Shown here: positions 30,653 through 41,207 of the stretch, piece by piece | Position numbering within the stretch: the stretch's first letter is position 1 | Layout: every line of letters starts with the position of its first letter | NCBI GenBank assembly: GCA_011364965.1 | Contig: RDOB01000001.1 | Coordinates: 128,001-192,000, forward strand | Direction: 5' to 3' | DNA: 64,000 nt | Source of the DNA: Candidatus Heimdallarchaeota archaeon | GTDB lineage: Archaea > Asgardarchaeota > Heimdallarchaeia > Hodarchaeales > Hodarchaeaceae | Notes under the pieces: generated by a model | The model's database searches: none | Told to the model about the DNA's origin: nothing | What the model saw: only the letters and a program-made list of their open reading frames with translations | Program-made: the position numbers and the translations under genes

Positions 30653-30961
30653 TTAATTTCCTCTATTTTTGCTCGATTTTTCAGAGTGGTTAAAAGTATG
30701 TTTTGATATAATTGCAACTGCTGTAGATACGGTTGATAACCATCTTAGCATAGAATTTGTACTCGCCTTAGCTGCAGTAAGGTCTTGAGCTCGAATCTGA
30801 ATGATTAGCTTGTTGGATCGTAATTTCAATTGAACATTCGATCTATCAAAAGAGTGTTGTTGAATTTCTGGATAAAGAGCTTCAAATACAATACGTGATT
30901 CATCAGGGGTCTCAAAATGCACAGCTATTGTCATGTTAAATTTATCATTCATCTTAATCAC
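30653..30961 (-). CDS. pcc1: KEOPS complex subunit Pcc1
   Basis: ALYPE, RS, IRAQDLTAAKASTNSMLRW. Confidence 0.85.
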   Translation of the reverse strand: MIKMNDKFNMTIAVHFETPDESRIVFEALYPEIQQHSFDRSNVQLKLRSNKLIIQIRAQDLTAAKASTNSMLRWLSTVSTAVAIISKHTFNHSEKSSKNRGN

Positions 30962-31511
30962 ATATGATTCTAAACTGTAAGATGGGGTATGAAACCGTTT
31001 GATTGCTTTGGATCATCATTCCTTCAATTATATCTTTATTGTCTCTTTGAAAATAGAACATATTATGGAATTTTTCATTTTTATTAACTCTTGGTTCTAT
31101 AATTGGTTCAAAGAGAAAAATGATTTTCTCTTTTATATTATTATTTATCTCTTGAGAGAACTTTAGACGAATAGGAGCAGAAGTTAAGCGTATTTTTGAA
31201 TCATGTGCTTTTAGAGTAATTATATTTGAGATCAATATTGTTGAGGTTATTTTTAACGTGTCTCGTGTAATAAAATAAGGGTTTACCTTGATTGTACCGT
31301 TTTCTTGAGTTTGATGTAAGATCAATAATACTTTGATTTCGTTGTTAAATGAATAATTTAACACCTGGTTTATATTAAGGGAACCACGGCTAATCATCAC
31401 TGTATTCGGTAAACAAAGCTTTAATATTTTTGCAGTTCTACGTAAAAAATGAGTTGGATTACGGGAGGTAGTAATTAAGATATCAGTATTTACTTTCCTC
31501 TCTAGATCCAT
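30954..31511 (-). CDS. Brix/Imp4-domain ribosome biogenesis protein
   Basis: ILITTSRNPT...RGSLN; exosome-operon position. Confidence 0.75.
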   Translation of the reverse strand: MDLERKVNTDILITTSRNPTHFLRRTAKILKLCLPNTVMISRGSLNINQVLNYSFNNEIKVLLILHQTQENGTIKVNPYFITRDTLKITSTILISNIITLKAHDSKIRLTSAPIRLKFSQEINNNIKEKIIFLFEPIIEPRVNKNEKFHNMFYFQRDNKDIIEGMMIQSNQTVSYPILQFRIICD

Positions 31512-31550
31512 GTGAAGTCATGCATTGAATGAAAATAGAATTAAAAAAGG

Positions 31551-31826
31551 TTAAGTTTCGGATTGAGAATCTAACCTTTTTGCTGTTCGTTGAGCGATTT
31601 TCCCTCCAGAAGTCTCGGGAGCCCATGAACCACCTGTAAAACGGTACCCACAGAATTTACACTGCCAGATTCCGATAGAAACACGGTTCACTTTGATTGA
31701 ATTACAGGATGGGCAGGTGTGTTTCATTTTTAACGTTGCTTCTATCTTCCTTACTCTTTTACGAATAGTTGCTCCGTAACGTGTTCCAAAACGCCCAGTA
31801 GTTCCCACTTTCTTAGTACGTCCCAT
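31551..31826 (-). CDS. rpl37ae: Ribosomal protein eL43 (L37Ae)
   Basis: GRFGTRYG, CPSC, GIWQCKFC, GGSW. Confidence 0.97.
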   Translation of the reverse strand: MGRTKKVGTTGRFGTRYGATIRKRVRKIEATLKMKHTCPSCNSIKVNRVSIGIWQCKFCGYRFTGGSWAPETSGGKIAQRTAKRLDSQSET

Positions 31827-31876
31827 TTTATCTTCACTTAACCTTTATTTGAAACCTGTTAAATAAAAATCGATCT

Positions 31877-32728
31877 TCAGAAATCGAACTGAAACATTTC
31901 ACCTTCATTAAGAAATGAGGATTCATCAATTATTTTGTTTAGTTCTTTAGCTCGGCTTGTTGCTTTTTCCAAGATCGTTATTATTTCTTCTTCAGAAAAA
32001 ACTCCAGATTCACCTTTCTGCATCGAACAAATCATTCCATCATCAGCAATTCCTACGGAAAATCTTGCTATTTTTGCACGATCTTCCGCCAAACTTGGAT
32101 CATAAAGAATGAAATCATCTATCTTGACATAAGTTAAACTCACGACACTTCCTTCTCTTGGAAGCGGATCCATCTCTTCTAAAAGAATCGGTTCTTCGGT
32201 TTCTTCATTAATTTTAACTTTATTTATGCGAGTATTAGCAAGAGCGGCCATAGCAGCTAAAGCGGAAGCATCAATTAAGTTTCCTCCATCATCAAGAATA
32301 TAGATATCTACAAATAAAATCCAGACTAATTTTCCAGGAATAATGCACATCTGTGGATGCATCATTGGGATGACATGACTTTCTCTGATTCCACGATCAA
32401 CTACTCTTGCCATCTCTATAGCATCTGGGCCAGGGGGACCACTCTCGAAAGTAGGGGAGGAAATCGGGGATAATTCAAGATTCACTGTTATTACTCCTTG
32501 ATTAGGAGTGTCTGGAAAAGGAGGTCCAACTGATGTTTTTACTCCTGCAACGACAACTGTATTTCCCCATTTTACCATTGCAGATCCTTCAGCTTTATGT
32601 ATCACGTTCGGTATTATTTGAATAGAACGCCCCTCAAAGAACCCTCTATTATCTATCCTCTTACCTTTCTGTAATAAATCTGTCAGGTATCGCCTTTCAA
32701 GACTACCAACAATTTCTTCTGATCTCAT
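31877..32728 (-). CDS. rrp42: Exosome subunit Rrp42
   Basis: AEGSA, PFPDTPNQG, RVVDRGIRES, DDGGNLIDA. Confidence 0.95.
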   Translation of the reverse strand: MRSEEIVGSLERRYLTDLLQKGKRIDNRGFFEGRSIQIIPNVIHKAEGSAMVKWGNTVVVAGVKTSVGPPFPDTPNQGVITVNLELSPISSPTFESGPPGPDAIEMARVVDRGIRESHVIPMMHPQMCIIPGKLVWILFVDIYILDDGGNLIDASALAAMAALANTRINKVKINEETEEPILLEEMDPLPREGSVVSLTYVKIDDFILYDPSLAEDRAKIARFSVGIADDGMICSMQKGESGVFSEEEIITILEKATSRAKELNKIIDESSFLNEGEMFQFDF

Positions 32729-32739
32729 TTTTATTCCAC

Positions 32740-33501
32740 CTATTCCTCTTCCTCATCTTCATCATAAGACTCAGCTATTTGCGAATATTTAGCTAAGAGG
32801 GCTCTTCTTTGCATTTGATATATCTTCCCGATCGCTTCTTTAGCCAGTTTTAGTCCTTCAGTTATTTCTTCAGCAGTAAATTTACCATCACACTGTAGCA
32901 GAGTAATTTCTCCTGTATTATAAACCATTGCGACGGGCATATCACCTTGTCCATCTTTATCTTCAACATCAGAAAGGTCTACAACTATTTTATCCTCAAC
33001 TTTTCCCACTGCACAACCTGTAACCAAACCTTTCATTGGTATCCCAGCATCCGCAAGTCCTAATGATGCAGCTGTTAAAGCAGCACATCGAGTACCTCCA
33101 TCTGCGTCTAAAACAGTAATAAACACGTCAATTGTTCCGTTTGGGAACTTTTCAAGAAATAATATGTGATTAAGTGATTCTGTAATGATTTTACTCAATT
33201 CATATTCTCGTCTACGAGGAGCAGGACTCTTTCTTTCATTTACAGAAAAAGTAGCTAACCGATACTCTACACGTACGATAGCACGATCAGGCTGAGCTAA
33301 ATGCTTAGGATGTAACTCTCTTGGTCCATATACTGCACAGAGAATTTTATTATTTCCCCATTTCAAATAGCAGCTTCCATCTGCACGATCTAATACCCCA
33401 GTCTTCATAGATATAGGTCTTAATTCATGAAGGTCTCTTCCATCCAAACGGAGACCATTTTCAAGTAATGTAGCGTTTTTATTTTCAGACATCTTCTTCA
33501 C
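32740..33501 (-). CDS. rrp41: Exosome subunit Rrp41
   Basis: RLDGR, ADGS, YGPRE, DGGTRCA, DMP. Confidence 0.95.
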   Translation of the reverse strand: MKKMSENKNATLLENGLRLDGRDLHELRPISMKTGVLDRADGSCYLKWGNNKILCAVYGPRELHPKHLAQPDRAIVRVEYRLATFSVNERKSPAPRRREYELSKIITESLNHILFLEKFPNGTIDVFITVLDADGGTRCAALTAASLGLADAGIPMKGLVTGCAVGKVEDKIVVDLSDVEDKDGQGDMPVAMVYNTGEITLLQCDGKFTAEEITEGLKLAKEAIGKIYQMQRRALLAKYSQIAESYDEDEEEE

Positions 33502-33505
33502 TTCT

Positions 33506-34219
33506 TTACTCTAAAAGTAATCGTTTTTCTTCCTCAAGATAATCTCTTATTCGGTCAGTCAACCCTGATGTATGAGCTTCTGATTCAATTTTTCTAATTG
33601 CTAGTTCAATTAAGTTTTCGATCAATAATTCTTGCGCTGAAATTACGATTCGGCCGTTTTGTCCAACAATAATCTGAGCATTTGTCATATTTTTAAGCAA
33701 TTGAATCATACTCCCCTTTTTACCAATGATTCTAGGTATTTTAACAGGATCAACCTCAATTAATCTTCCATTAATGATTTTATGTAAACCTCGGCCTTGA
33801 AGTGATAATACAGGGTCACGAGTTCTATCAAAAAAGGTAATTTGTGCTTTTATTATATCTCCAACGGTTAAAATCCGGTTGATATCGTCATTCATCGAAT
33901 CAAAGTCTCTATCAACAACATTGTTTACTCTAAGGGTTCCAACATAAGGACCACGAATATCAACAGTCCAAGACGTTATTCCTACACGTGTGATCTTTCC
34001 AATCACAATATCCCCCTCTAAAGGAATGTAACAACCTTCTAAAGGGACTACACCTATTCGATTTTTTCTTACCTGAGCCAAGCCAATCATTGAGGCATAA
34101 ATCTCAGTTTCATTATTTTTTTTGGCGCGAAATACACCACCACCGACTTTGATACCAGAACCCTGTGCAAGGATCTCACCTGGGATCACAAGCTGGTTTT
34201 TAGATACTAATATTCTCAT
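33506..34219 (-). CDS. rrp4: Exosome RNA-binding subunit Rrp4
   Basis: VIPGE, S1 domain, PRIIGKKGSM KH, GQNG, EAHTSGLTDR. Confidence 0.95.
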   Translation of the reverse strand: MRILVSKNQLVIPGEILAQGSGIKVGGGVFRAKKNNETEIYASMIGLAQVRKNRIGVVPLEGCYIPLEGDIVIGKITRVGITSWTVDIRGPYVGTLRVNNVVDRDFDSMNDDINRILTVGDIIKAQITFFDRTRDPVLSLQGRGLHKIINGRLIEVDPVKIPRIIGKKGSMIQLLKNMTNAQIIVGQNGRIVISAQELLIENLIELAIRKIESEAHTSGLTDRIRDYLEEEKRLLLE

Positions 34220-34266
34220 TCAACTCACTCTTTGTTAAATTTTATCGTCTATTCCATAATTCGTGA

Positions 34267-35001
34267 CTATAATCGTGTTCTCTCAATTACCTTGATCTCA
34301 GCTCTCCCTTTTGTCATACTTTGAACACTTTCCATAAACTCCCCTTGCAAACCTGCTGCTATACTGACTACAGCAATCCAATGCCCATCATTCTGCCATT
34401 CGTCCTTTTCTATCTGAGCTTTTCTTTTTATTTCACCGTAAGCTTTCCCTGTAAATTCAGGAGGAATTTTAACAGCTAGTTTTACAGTTTCCATGCTGAT
34501 TGGTATAACTGAACGTAGTTCTTTCACGATATCTTTCAACTGGTCTTCTGCTGATAAGGCTGGATTTATCATCACTTTAGCTTCTTTCATAGCGTTCTCT
34601 ATTCTAAGTGGAGGATGTGGAGTTCGAGTTTTTGGATTAATACAAATTTTAGCCAATAGATTTACTATTTGTTTGCGTTTCTTTTCAAAAAATTCTTGCC
34701 TTTGCTCAGCAGTTAGGTTCAATTCACCTTTCTTTAAGATTATAGTGATTATTTCTCGTAAATCTGTTGTTTCAAAACTATTTTCAAGGATTCCCTCAGG
34801 GGGCTTCTCTCCTTTACTAGCATTTTGAAACACCTCATCAATTTCTAATATCTCATCGATAGTAATATCTTCATCTAGGAGCCCCATCCTGTATTTTAAA
34901 GCTAATTCAGGATTTACGACAATCTCAAACCTGTTTCCTTTCACTTTCATACGTACTACTGATTTTCCTGATAAATCTACTCTTCGAGCATCTCTTAACA
35001 T
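34267..35001 (-). CDS. Ribosome maturation factor SBDS/Sdo1
   Basis: RFEI, NASKG, LTAEQR, NPKTRTPHPPLRIENAM. Confidence 0.95.
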   Translation of the reverse strand: MLRDARRVDLSGKSVVRMKVKGNRFEIVVNPELALKYRMGLLDEDITIDEILEIDEVFQNASKGEKPPEGILENSFETTDLREIITIILKKGELNLTAEQRQEFFEKKRKQIVNLLAKICINPKTRTPHPPLRIENAMKEAKVMINPALSAEDQLKDIVKELRSVIPISMETVKLAVKIPPEFTGKAYGEIKRKAQIEKDEWQNDGHWIAVVSIAAGLQGEFMESVQSMTKGRAEIKVIERTRL

Positions 35002-35006
35002 CGTAT

Positions 35007-35735
35007 CTACTCCTTCAATTCATTTACATATTTGATTATATCTTCAGATTTAAGATACACTAGATGTCGAAGTTCCTTGGAAATTACTGCAATTTCAATC
35101 ATATCCTCATTTAGAGGACTATCGGAAACATAATTAAAAGCTTTCATTGCAGATAATATACCATCCTCCAATGTTTCAGCTATCTCCTTGTATTCACCCT
35201 CTAAATATTCAATTATCGTTGGAGCTGTGGATCCGATAGCTGCCGCACGATATCCCCAATAACTCCCACTTGGTTCGGTCATATACAACTGTGGGCCTAT
35301 AACTTCATCACAACCTGCAATTAGCAAAGAAACACCAAAGGGACGGACTCCTGCGTGTTGAGTGTACATTTGTTTCAAATCTGCAATTCGACGCGTTAAT
35401 CCTTCAACAGTTATCTCTTCATTATAAGTAATTCTATGAATTTGAGCTTGGATTCTCGCTTGGTTTACTAAAATTCTTGCATCAGCAGTGAGTCCTGCGA
35501 TAGCAACTGCTAAATGATCATCAATGGCAAAGATTTTTTTGACCATGTCTTTCTCAATAAGAGTTGTATGTAACCGTTTTTGAACAGCCAAACAGCACCC
35601 CTCTTCTGTTTTAATGCCGATAGCCGTTGTGCCGCGCTTAACAGCTTCAATTGCATACTCAACTTGAAATAAACGGCCATCAGGGCTGAAAATGGTACTC
35701 CCCCGATCATAACCTAAACCCTTAGGAGAAAAAAT
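35007..35735 (-). CDS. psmA: Proteasome alpha subunit, apparent AUU start codon
   Basis: The frame extends upstream of the ORF-track start as (I)FSPKGLGYDRGSTIFSPDGRLFQVEYA; bounded by an in-frame TAA; GAGGTGA RBS 5 nt before ATT; RPFGVS. Confidence 0.93.
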   Translation of the reverse strand: MFSPKGLGYDRGSTIFSPDGRLFQVEYAIEAVKRGTTAIGIKTEEGCCLAVQKRLHTTLIEKDMVKKIFAIDDHLAVAIAGLTADARILVNQARIQAQIHRITYNEEITVEGLTRRIADLKQMYTQHAGVRPFGVSLLIAGCDEVIGPQLYMTEPSGSYWGYRAAAIGSTAPTIIEYLEGEYKEIAETLEDGILSAMKAFNYVSDSPLNEDMIEIAVISKELRHLVYLKSEDIIKYVNELKE

Positions 35736-36238
35736 TTAATTCACCTCAGTTAAAAATATTGATGTCTCGTTCATAAAAAAATCTTCCACAAAAAATCTCT
35801 TAAATCCAAATTTACGAAAATCAACGATTATTATTCACTTTTTTGGTCTACACCTTACATTTAATCCTATTTTTTCCAGAATTTATAACAATTCTAGTGA
35901 TTTTTTGTAGCTCTGGAAGAATTAATGGTAGTTAATTGAGGGAGAAGAATTCAAGAATAGAGAAAATAAAGGCATGGGAGAGAAGAAAGGAAACAAAAAA
36001 GCCATATGTTTTCTTTTAATGCTCCACTTCAAAAATTATACTTAAATTTTAATAGAGGGTTTAATATAAATTTGTATTGCTTACTTTGAAAACAGATAAA
36101 TATTTAACTAGCCTTTTGCCTCCTAACGTCGAGTAAATTGGATTTTCTAAACGATCAACTTTTTATCTCCAATAATTATTGTGTTTATCGTTCGGAAGCC
36201 AAATGCCTCATCTAACGCGTCAAAATAAGGTGTTAACA

Positions 36239-36676
36239 ATGGCATATGAACCTAAAAAAGTCGGTAGTGTGAAAGTTGGACGATATATTGTAGACCCAGA
36301 TTCGAATGAACCGTGTAAAGTAATTTCAATTGATAAAAGCAAACCAGGAAAACATGGAGCAGCAAAAGCGCGAATGATGATTATTGGACTTTTTGACAAT
36401 CAAAAAAGGCAATTTATATCCCCGGTTGATAAGAGAATTAATATTCCAATCATTGAAAAGAGAGTGGGACAAATAACCAATGTTGAAGCAGGCACAGGCT
36501 TCGTTCATGTCATGGATAGTGAAACATACGAATCATTTGTTGTAGATTCACCATCTGAAGAAGAATTGAGCAGCAAAATAAACACTCTATTTTCAGAGGG
36601 AAAAGCTGTTGAAGTGGAATACTGGTTAGTGATGGATCGTAGAAAAATTATCCAAGTGCGTGAAATGGATATATAA
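36239..36676 (+). CDS. eif5a: Translation factor aIF5A/eIF5A
   Basis: SKPGKHGAAK hypusine motif; start taken at the ATG after an AGGTG RBS. Confidence 0.95.
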   Translation: MAYEPKKVGSVKVGRYIVDPDSNEPCKVISIDKSKPGKHGAAKARMMIIGLFDNQKRQFISPVDKRINIPIIEKRVGQITNVEAGTGFVHVMDSETYESFVVDSPSEEELSSKINTLFSEGKAVEVEYWLVMDRRKIIQVREMDI

Positions 36677-36710
36677 GAAATACCTACTAAATAATTCTAA
36701 ACCAGAGTGA

Positions 36711-37583
36711 ATGCTCTTGGCCAAAACCACCAACATAGGAATTTTCTCCCAAGTCCTTTTTCAAGAAACTATTGAAATTATTTGTGATCTTCTCTCTGTT
36801 TTAGATAAGAATTCGCAGATATCCTTCATTCTAAATCCAGAATTGTATAAATTTGTTGAAAGGGCTCTTCCAAGCATTATGGACCGATTTAATGAAGAAG
36901 AACTCGAAAAAATGAAGGTGGATTGCATAATTTCAATAGGAGGGGATGGTACTATTCTTCGTATAGCAAGAACGCGTCCTGAGATCCCAATATTATCGAT
37001 AAATAAGGGTCGAAAAGGATTCATGACAGAAATTGAACCTTATGAGGTTAAAACTAAATTCAAAGAATTTCTTGAAGGTCAATTTAAACTAAAAGAACAT
37101 AAATGTGTTGAAACGCTAATTAACAACGAAATTATTGGATCTGCAATAAATGAAATAGTTATTACCTCAGTCGATCTTCTCAAGCCTATCGATTTTCGTG
37201 TTTTAGTTGATGGAATAATAACATCTGTTTCTCTAGCAGATGGGATTATCGTTTCAACTGCAATTGGTTCCACGGGTCACTCACTTTCTAGTGGAGGAGC
37301 AGTTGTTGATGCAGATCTGAGAAATTTTCAAATATCATGGATTAATCCAATTAATCTTGCTATTCGTCCCCTTGTTCTTGGTTCTAATCGTGAGATAAAA
37401 ATTCGATGTGCAACGAGAATAAATGATATCAAAGTAGTAATTGATGGTCAATTAAGCATTGAATTTCCTCCTCCAATAGAATTGGCATTTAGAGAGTCTA
37501 GGAAGACTGTGAAGTTCTATCGGACCCGATCGTTTATGGAAAGATTACGACATCATATACATCCAGAAATTAGGGATCAATAA
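36711..37583 (+). CDS. nadK: NAD kinase
   Basis: GGDGTIL, NE, DGIIVST..GSTGHSLSSGG. Confidence 0.9.
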   Translation: MLLAKTTNIGIFSQVLFQETIEIICDLLSVLDKNSQISFILNPELYKFVERALPSIMDRFNEEELEKMKVDCIISIGGDGTILRIARTRPEIPILSINKGRKGFMTEIEPYEVKTKFKEFLEGQFKLKEHKCVETLINNEIIGSAINEIVITSVDLLKPIDFRVLVDGIITSVSLADGIIVSTAIGSTGHSLSSGGAVVDADLRNFQISWINPINLAIRPLVLGSNREIKIRCATRINDIKVVIDGQLSIEFPPPIELAFRESRKTVKFYRTRSFMERLRHHIHPEIRDQ

Positions 37584-37585
37584 TA

Positions 37586-38119
37586 GTGGTTACCAACATA
37601 ATCTCTTTCGTTCTTGACACTACTGTTTTTATTAGACTAGATTTCCCACGAATATTAGAATTGAGCGTTTCAACATTCTATACTACAAACAGTGTAATTT
37701 TAGAGTTAAAAGATTTTCGCTCGAGATCTAACCGAGACATACTAATCCAAATAAATAAATTAGTAATAGAAGAACCTAATCCTATTTATTTTAAAGAGGT
37801 AATTGCAAAAATTAGACATTTTGATCCAGTAACGAGTTTATCTAGAACTGATATTGATGTTCTCACATTAGCGTACCAAAAAAAAGTTGCAATTATTACT
37901 AATGACTTGAATTTACAAAATATTGCCGCTAATATTGGTATTCCATTCTTTATTGTTACTGGAAAACGAATCAAGCAAAAAATTAGGTGGAAATTAAGAT
38001 GTCTTTCATGCAATAAGATTTTGAGTCAAGCAGATTCATTAAAATGCCCATTATGTGGAGGAAACCTTAAAAAAATCCGTACATCTATTAATAATGAATT
38101 AAAGAGGAAGAGCAAATAA
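37586..38119 (+). CDS. nob1: Nob1-like PIN/Zn-ribbon endonuclease
   Basis: VLDT, LSRTD, TNDLNLQN, CLSC...CPLCG. Confidence 0.85.
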   Translation: MVTNIISFVLDTTVFIRLDFPRILELSVSTFYTTNSVILELKDFRSRSNRDILIQINKLVIEEPNPIYFKEVIAKIRHFDPVTSLSRTDIDVLTLAYQKKVAIITNDLNLQNIAANIGIPFFIVTGKRIKQKIRWKLRCLSCNKILSQADSLKCPLCGGNLKKIRTSINNELKRKSK

Positions 38120-38164
38120 GAATAAAAATTGAAGAGAAAAGCGACCGTATGTATGTAAAAATCC

Positions 38165-38380
38165 ATGGAGAAGACAAATTTGCCAGAAGAATTAAAAACA
38201 AAAGAAGAGTTCATGGCGACACTTAGCTTAGCCTCGATTTGTTATGTTAAACGTGTGAAAAACTCCGATATTGTCAAACTCAAGCTAAGAACAAAAAAGA
38301 AGCTGTATACATTTAAAACAACTCCTGAAGATGCTAATAAAATTGTATCTAGTTTAAACATTCCTGTTGAAGAAGTATAA
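38165..38380 (+). CDS. rpl38e: Ribosomal protein eL38
   Basis: PEELKTKEEF, VKLKLRTKKKLYT. Confidence 0.85.
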   Translation: MEKTNLPEELKTKEEFMATLSLASICYVKRVKNSDIVKLKLRTKKKLYTFKTTPEDANKIVSSLNIPVEEV

Positions 38381-38485
38381 ACCGAAATATCCTGCATCTC
38401 GCTATTTTTTTGAACAATATTCATAAAAAAAAGATAAATGAAGCTTAATCTTCTCTAATTGTAATCTTCATTTAGCTGAAAAAGA

Positions 38486-38761
38486 TCATTCCAAACCTTC
38501 GGAGGATATTGTCTCAAGTAATGAAAGGACTTGCCAGATAGTTGTCCGAGCAAACAGGGGACAATTGGGATCTTGGCTAATTTCATCCAGAATTGAAATA
38601 GCGAAATTCGCACGTACCTCTGGGGGATCATCATCCGGAGTATTTTTCCCAGTAATGGCCATATAAGCTTCTTTTGCTGCTCTTCTAATATTTTTAGGAA
38701 CACTATGGTCGGATGAAATTTGTTGCAATAACATCTTTGAATTTTCTATTTTGTCTTCCAT
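38486..38761 (-). CDS. UPF0147 family protein
   Basis: DHSVPKNIRRAA, LDEISQDPNCPLFARTTIW. Confidence 0.9.
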   Translation of the reverse strand: MEDKIENSKMLLQQISSDHSVPKNIRRAAKEAYMAITGKNTPDDDPPEVRANFAISILDEISQDPNCPLFARTTIWQVLSLLETISSEGLE

Positions 38762-39259
38762 ATTTGTTCACGACCTATTTAAATGAATTAACAAGCTTTC
38801 TAATTAATTTATCACATATATCCATCCAAATTTTGCTCTCAAAATGGACTTTATCAGCCAATTAGGCTGTTTTGACCAAACTAATCTTTAAAGAAAAACC
38901 TTTCTTTAAATTTAATATCAATCGGTTGAAGGAGGAAGATAGAATAATTAATTGATTTTTCAATCGAAGTATATTTATATCAGATTTAAACCCATTAAAT
39001 TCCATTACTTCTCTCTGGGAGGTTTTTATCATCCTCTCCTCACAACTTAATCTTTTTCGCATCAGTTAAATTAAATAGTATAATCATTTAAACATTGTTA
39101 GATTCCTGATCACCAAACAATACTATAAAAAACTACTTCTTGGTGGTTTAAAACAGATGGGAAAAGTATCAGAACAAATCTTTAGCCATTTTCCCTTTGA
39201 ATACAATAGACAATTTGGCCATTCTAAGAAAAAAGTGAAAGAATTGGAGAATGATTTAA

Positions 39260-39724
39260 TTGGGTTTTGAAGAAACCGATATTGATCCTTTCGTTATCTA
39301 TGATCTACTATTATCGAATTCAGGTGGATTAATATGCTCTCATTGTGGTAAAAAGATCACAGCAGATGATCTACTAGAAGAAAAGATAGTAATGGGAAAT
39401 ATAGATGGATACTTAAGTCATGTTGATTGTTTATTAAGTTATATAATTAAAGCAGAACCAACGATTTCTTCTGGATTAGCCTCAGGCCTATTTTCAGAAT
39501 CTCAGGTACGACACGATTTACTTTCAAAACCCTTTGAGTCAGTAATCCTTGATATGAGTCGTGCTTGTTCTCTTAAACGTCTAACCCCATCTACACGACA
39601 ATGTTCAAAATTTATTGCATCAGAATCCAATATTATTGAATCTCGTATAAAATTTAATTTAGAAGTGATTCTTTCATTCCTAGATGAGAATTACTCCGAT
39701 CCAATGGATTCGGATGTAAATTGA
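39260..39724 (+). CDS. Hypothetical protein with a probable Zn site
   Basis: CSHC...HVDC motif; GGAG RBS. Confidence 0.55.
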   Translation: MGFEETDIDPFVIYDLLLSNSGGLICSHCGKKITADDLLEEKIVMGNIDGYLSHVDCLLSYIIKAEPTISSGLASGLFSESQVRHDLLSKPFESVILDMSRACSLKRLTPSTRQCSKFIASESNIIESRIKFNLEVILSFLDENYSDPMDSDVN

Positions 39725-39771
39725 AGAAGATCATGAAAAAAACCGATTAAGTATAGTCTTTGGTGTAAAAT

Positions 39772-40011
39772 ATGAAAATAGATTTCTCAAATGTCCCAAA
39801 TTCCGAGGTAATTGATGACCTTGTTACTTTAATCAAGAACAAAGAAAAAGATGCAAAAGTAAAGAAAGACGGAAAATCTGTCAAAGTTGAAGGATTATCA
39901 TCACGCAAATTAAAATTCTATGCTAAGAAAGTATTGGGAAGGATTGATGCCCCAGGAATAACAAAAGTAGTCTCACAGGGTGATCACTTTCTAGTCATAT
40001 ATAAAGAATAA
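39772..40011 (+). CDS. rpl22e: Ribosomal protein eL22-like
   Basis: Basic 79 aa; IDFS, SSRKLKFYAKKVL, KVVS resemble eL22 (IDC..., SKRYLKYLTKKYL, RVVA). Confidence 0.65.
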   Translation: MKIDFSNVPNSEVIDDLVTLIKNKEKDAKVKKDGKSVKVEGLSSRKLKFYAKKVLGRIDAPGITKVVSQGDHFLVIYKE

Positions 40012-40057
40012 AAAAATGTGCGTAAGTGACATTTTTAAATATTCCTAGGGGGATTAG

Positions 40058-41182
40058 ATGAATAGAAATATTTCAGAAATGAGCTGGGGAAGCGCATTTA
40101 CTTACAAATTATCTGTAGGTTGTCAACAATGTATAAAGGGTGAAAAATTAGTAGTTCTTGTTTCAACAGATTGTTCTAGTAAATGTTTTTATTGTCCATT
40201 GAGTGAAGAAAGAAAAAAATCAACCTTTTCTTTTGCAAATGAACGTCCAATAAAAAAAATTGGGGATTTATTAACTGAAGCTTCTTTAATGAAAGCTCAG
40301 GGAGCTAGTATGACGGGAGGAGATCCGCTTGAGTATTCTTCTTTCAGCAAAACTCTTGAATACAGTCAAAAATTAAGAGAAAATTATGGAAGAGATTTTC
40401 ATATTCACGTATATACTCGGGGAAAAGAAATAACAGAGAAAAGTCTCGGAAAACTTGCACTATTAATAAATGAATTAAGATTTCATGTTAAAAATGCCGA
40501 AGGAGATTTCAAACAAATCAAATTAGCGTTAAAGTTTCCTTTGGATATTGGAATTGAGATTCCTGTTATACCTACAAAATCAATTGAATATTACATCCAG
40601 ATTATCCAGAATTTTGAATCAATCCTTCCTGAATCGCAACAATTTTATTTTATGAATCTAAATGAACTGGAAGTGAGTGAAACAAATTATCGGAATTTAT
40701 TAGCTCACGGACTTGGATGTGACCATGAAAATCCGTCTAAGGTCGCAGGAAGTGAAAAATTAGGATTAGAAATTATCAAATGGGCATCAAAACATTCCAC
40801 TATACCAATTCACTTCTGTGCCGTAAAAGCGAAAGATACTGTCCAATTGACAAATAGGATTTATAGAATTGCTGAATCAGTAGGACTACCATCTGATGTA
40901 ATAATTTCTGATGGTCCAGATAAAGGACTATTGATACGTGGTGAGATTAAATCAGCTTTGTATGATCTTTCACTCATCAAAGAAATTTTATTGAATGAAT
41001 TGGAAATTCCTGAAGAGTTGGTATATATAGACTTGGTTAAAAATCGAATTTTAACAAATGCAGCAATTCTCGATGAATTAAAAGATGAAATTCGTGAATT
41101 TCTCCCTAACATAAATTTATCAATTATTGAGGAATACCCTACATATGATAATCTTCAAACAACCTCTATTCCATTAAAATAA
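40058..41182 (+). CDS. Uncharacterised archaeal radical SAM protein
   Basis: GCQQCIKGEK, CSSKCFYCPLS, TGGDPL, NLNELE. Confidence 0.85.
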   Translation: MNRNISEMSWGSAFTYKLSVGCQQCIKGEKLVVLVSTDCSSKCFYCPLSEERKKSTFSFANERPIKKIGDLLTEASLMKAQGASMTGGDPLEYSSFSKTLEYSQKLRENYGRDFHIHVYTRGKEITEKSLGKLALLINELRFHVKNAEGDFKQIKLALKFPLDIGIEIPVIPTKSIEYYIQIIQNFESILPESQQFYFMNLNELEVSETNYRNLLAHGLGCDHENPSKVAGSEKLGLEIIKWASKHSTIPIHFCAVKAKDTVQLTNRIYRIAESVGLPSDVIISDGPDKGLLIRGEIKSALYDLSLIKEILLNELEIPEELVYIDLVKNRILTNAAILDELKDEIREFLPNINLSIIEEYPTYDNLQTTSIPLK

Positions 41183-41207
41183 CGAAAGAATTGAGTAAAA
41201 TTTCTAG

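Noticed and set aside
35510-35710. 66-aa ORF suggesting a frameshifted psmA
   Set aside because: The psmA N-terminus is continuous in the main frame up to ATT at 35735, so no frameshift is needed.
38862-39062. 66-aa ORF in an AT-rich gap
   Set aside because: No recognisable motif or RBS; cannot be supported.
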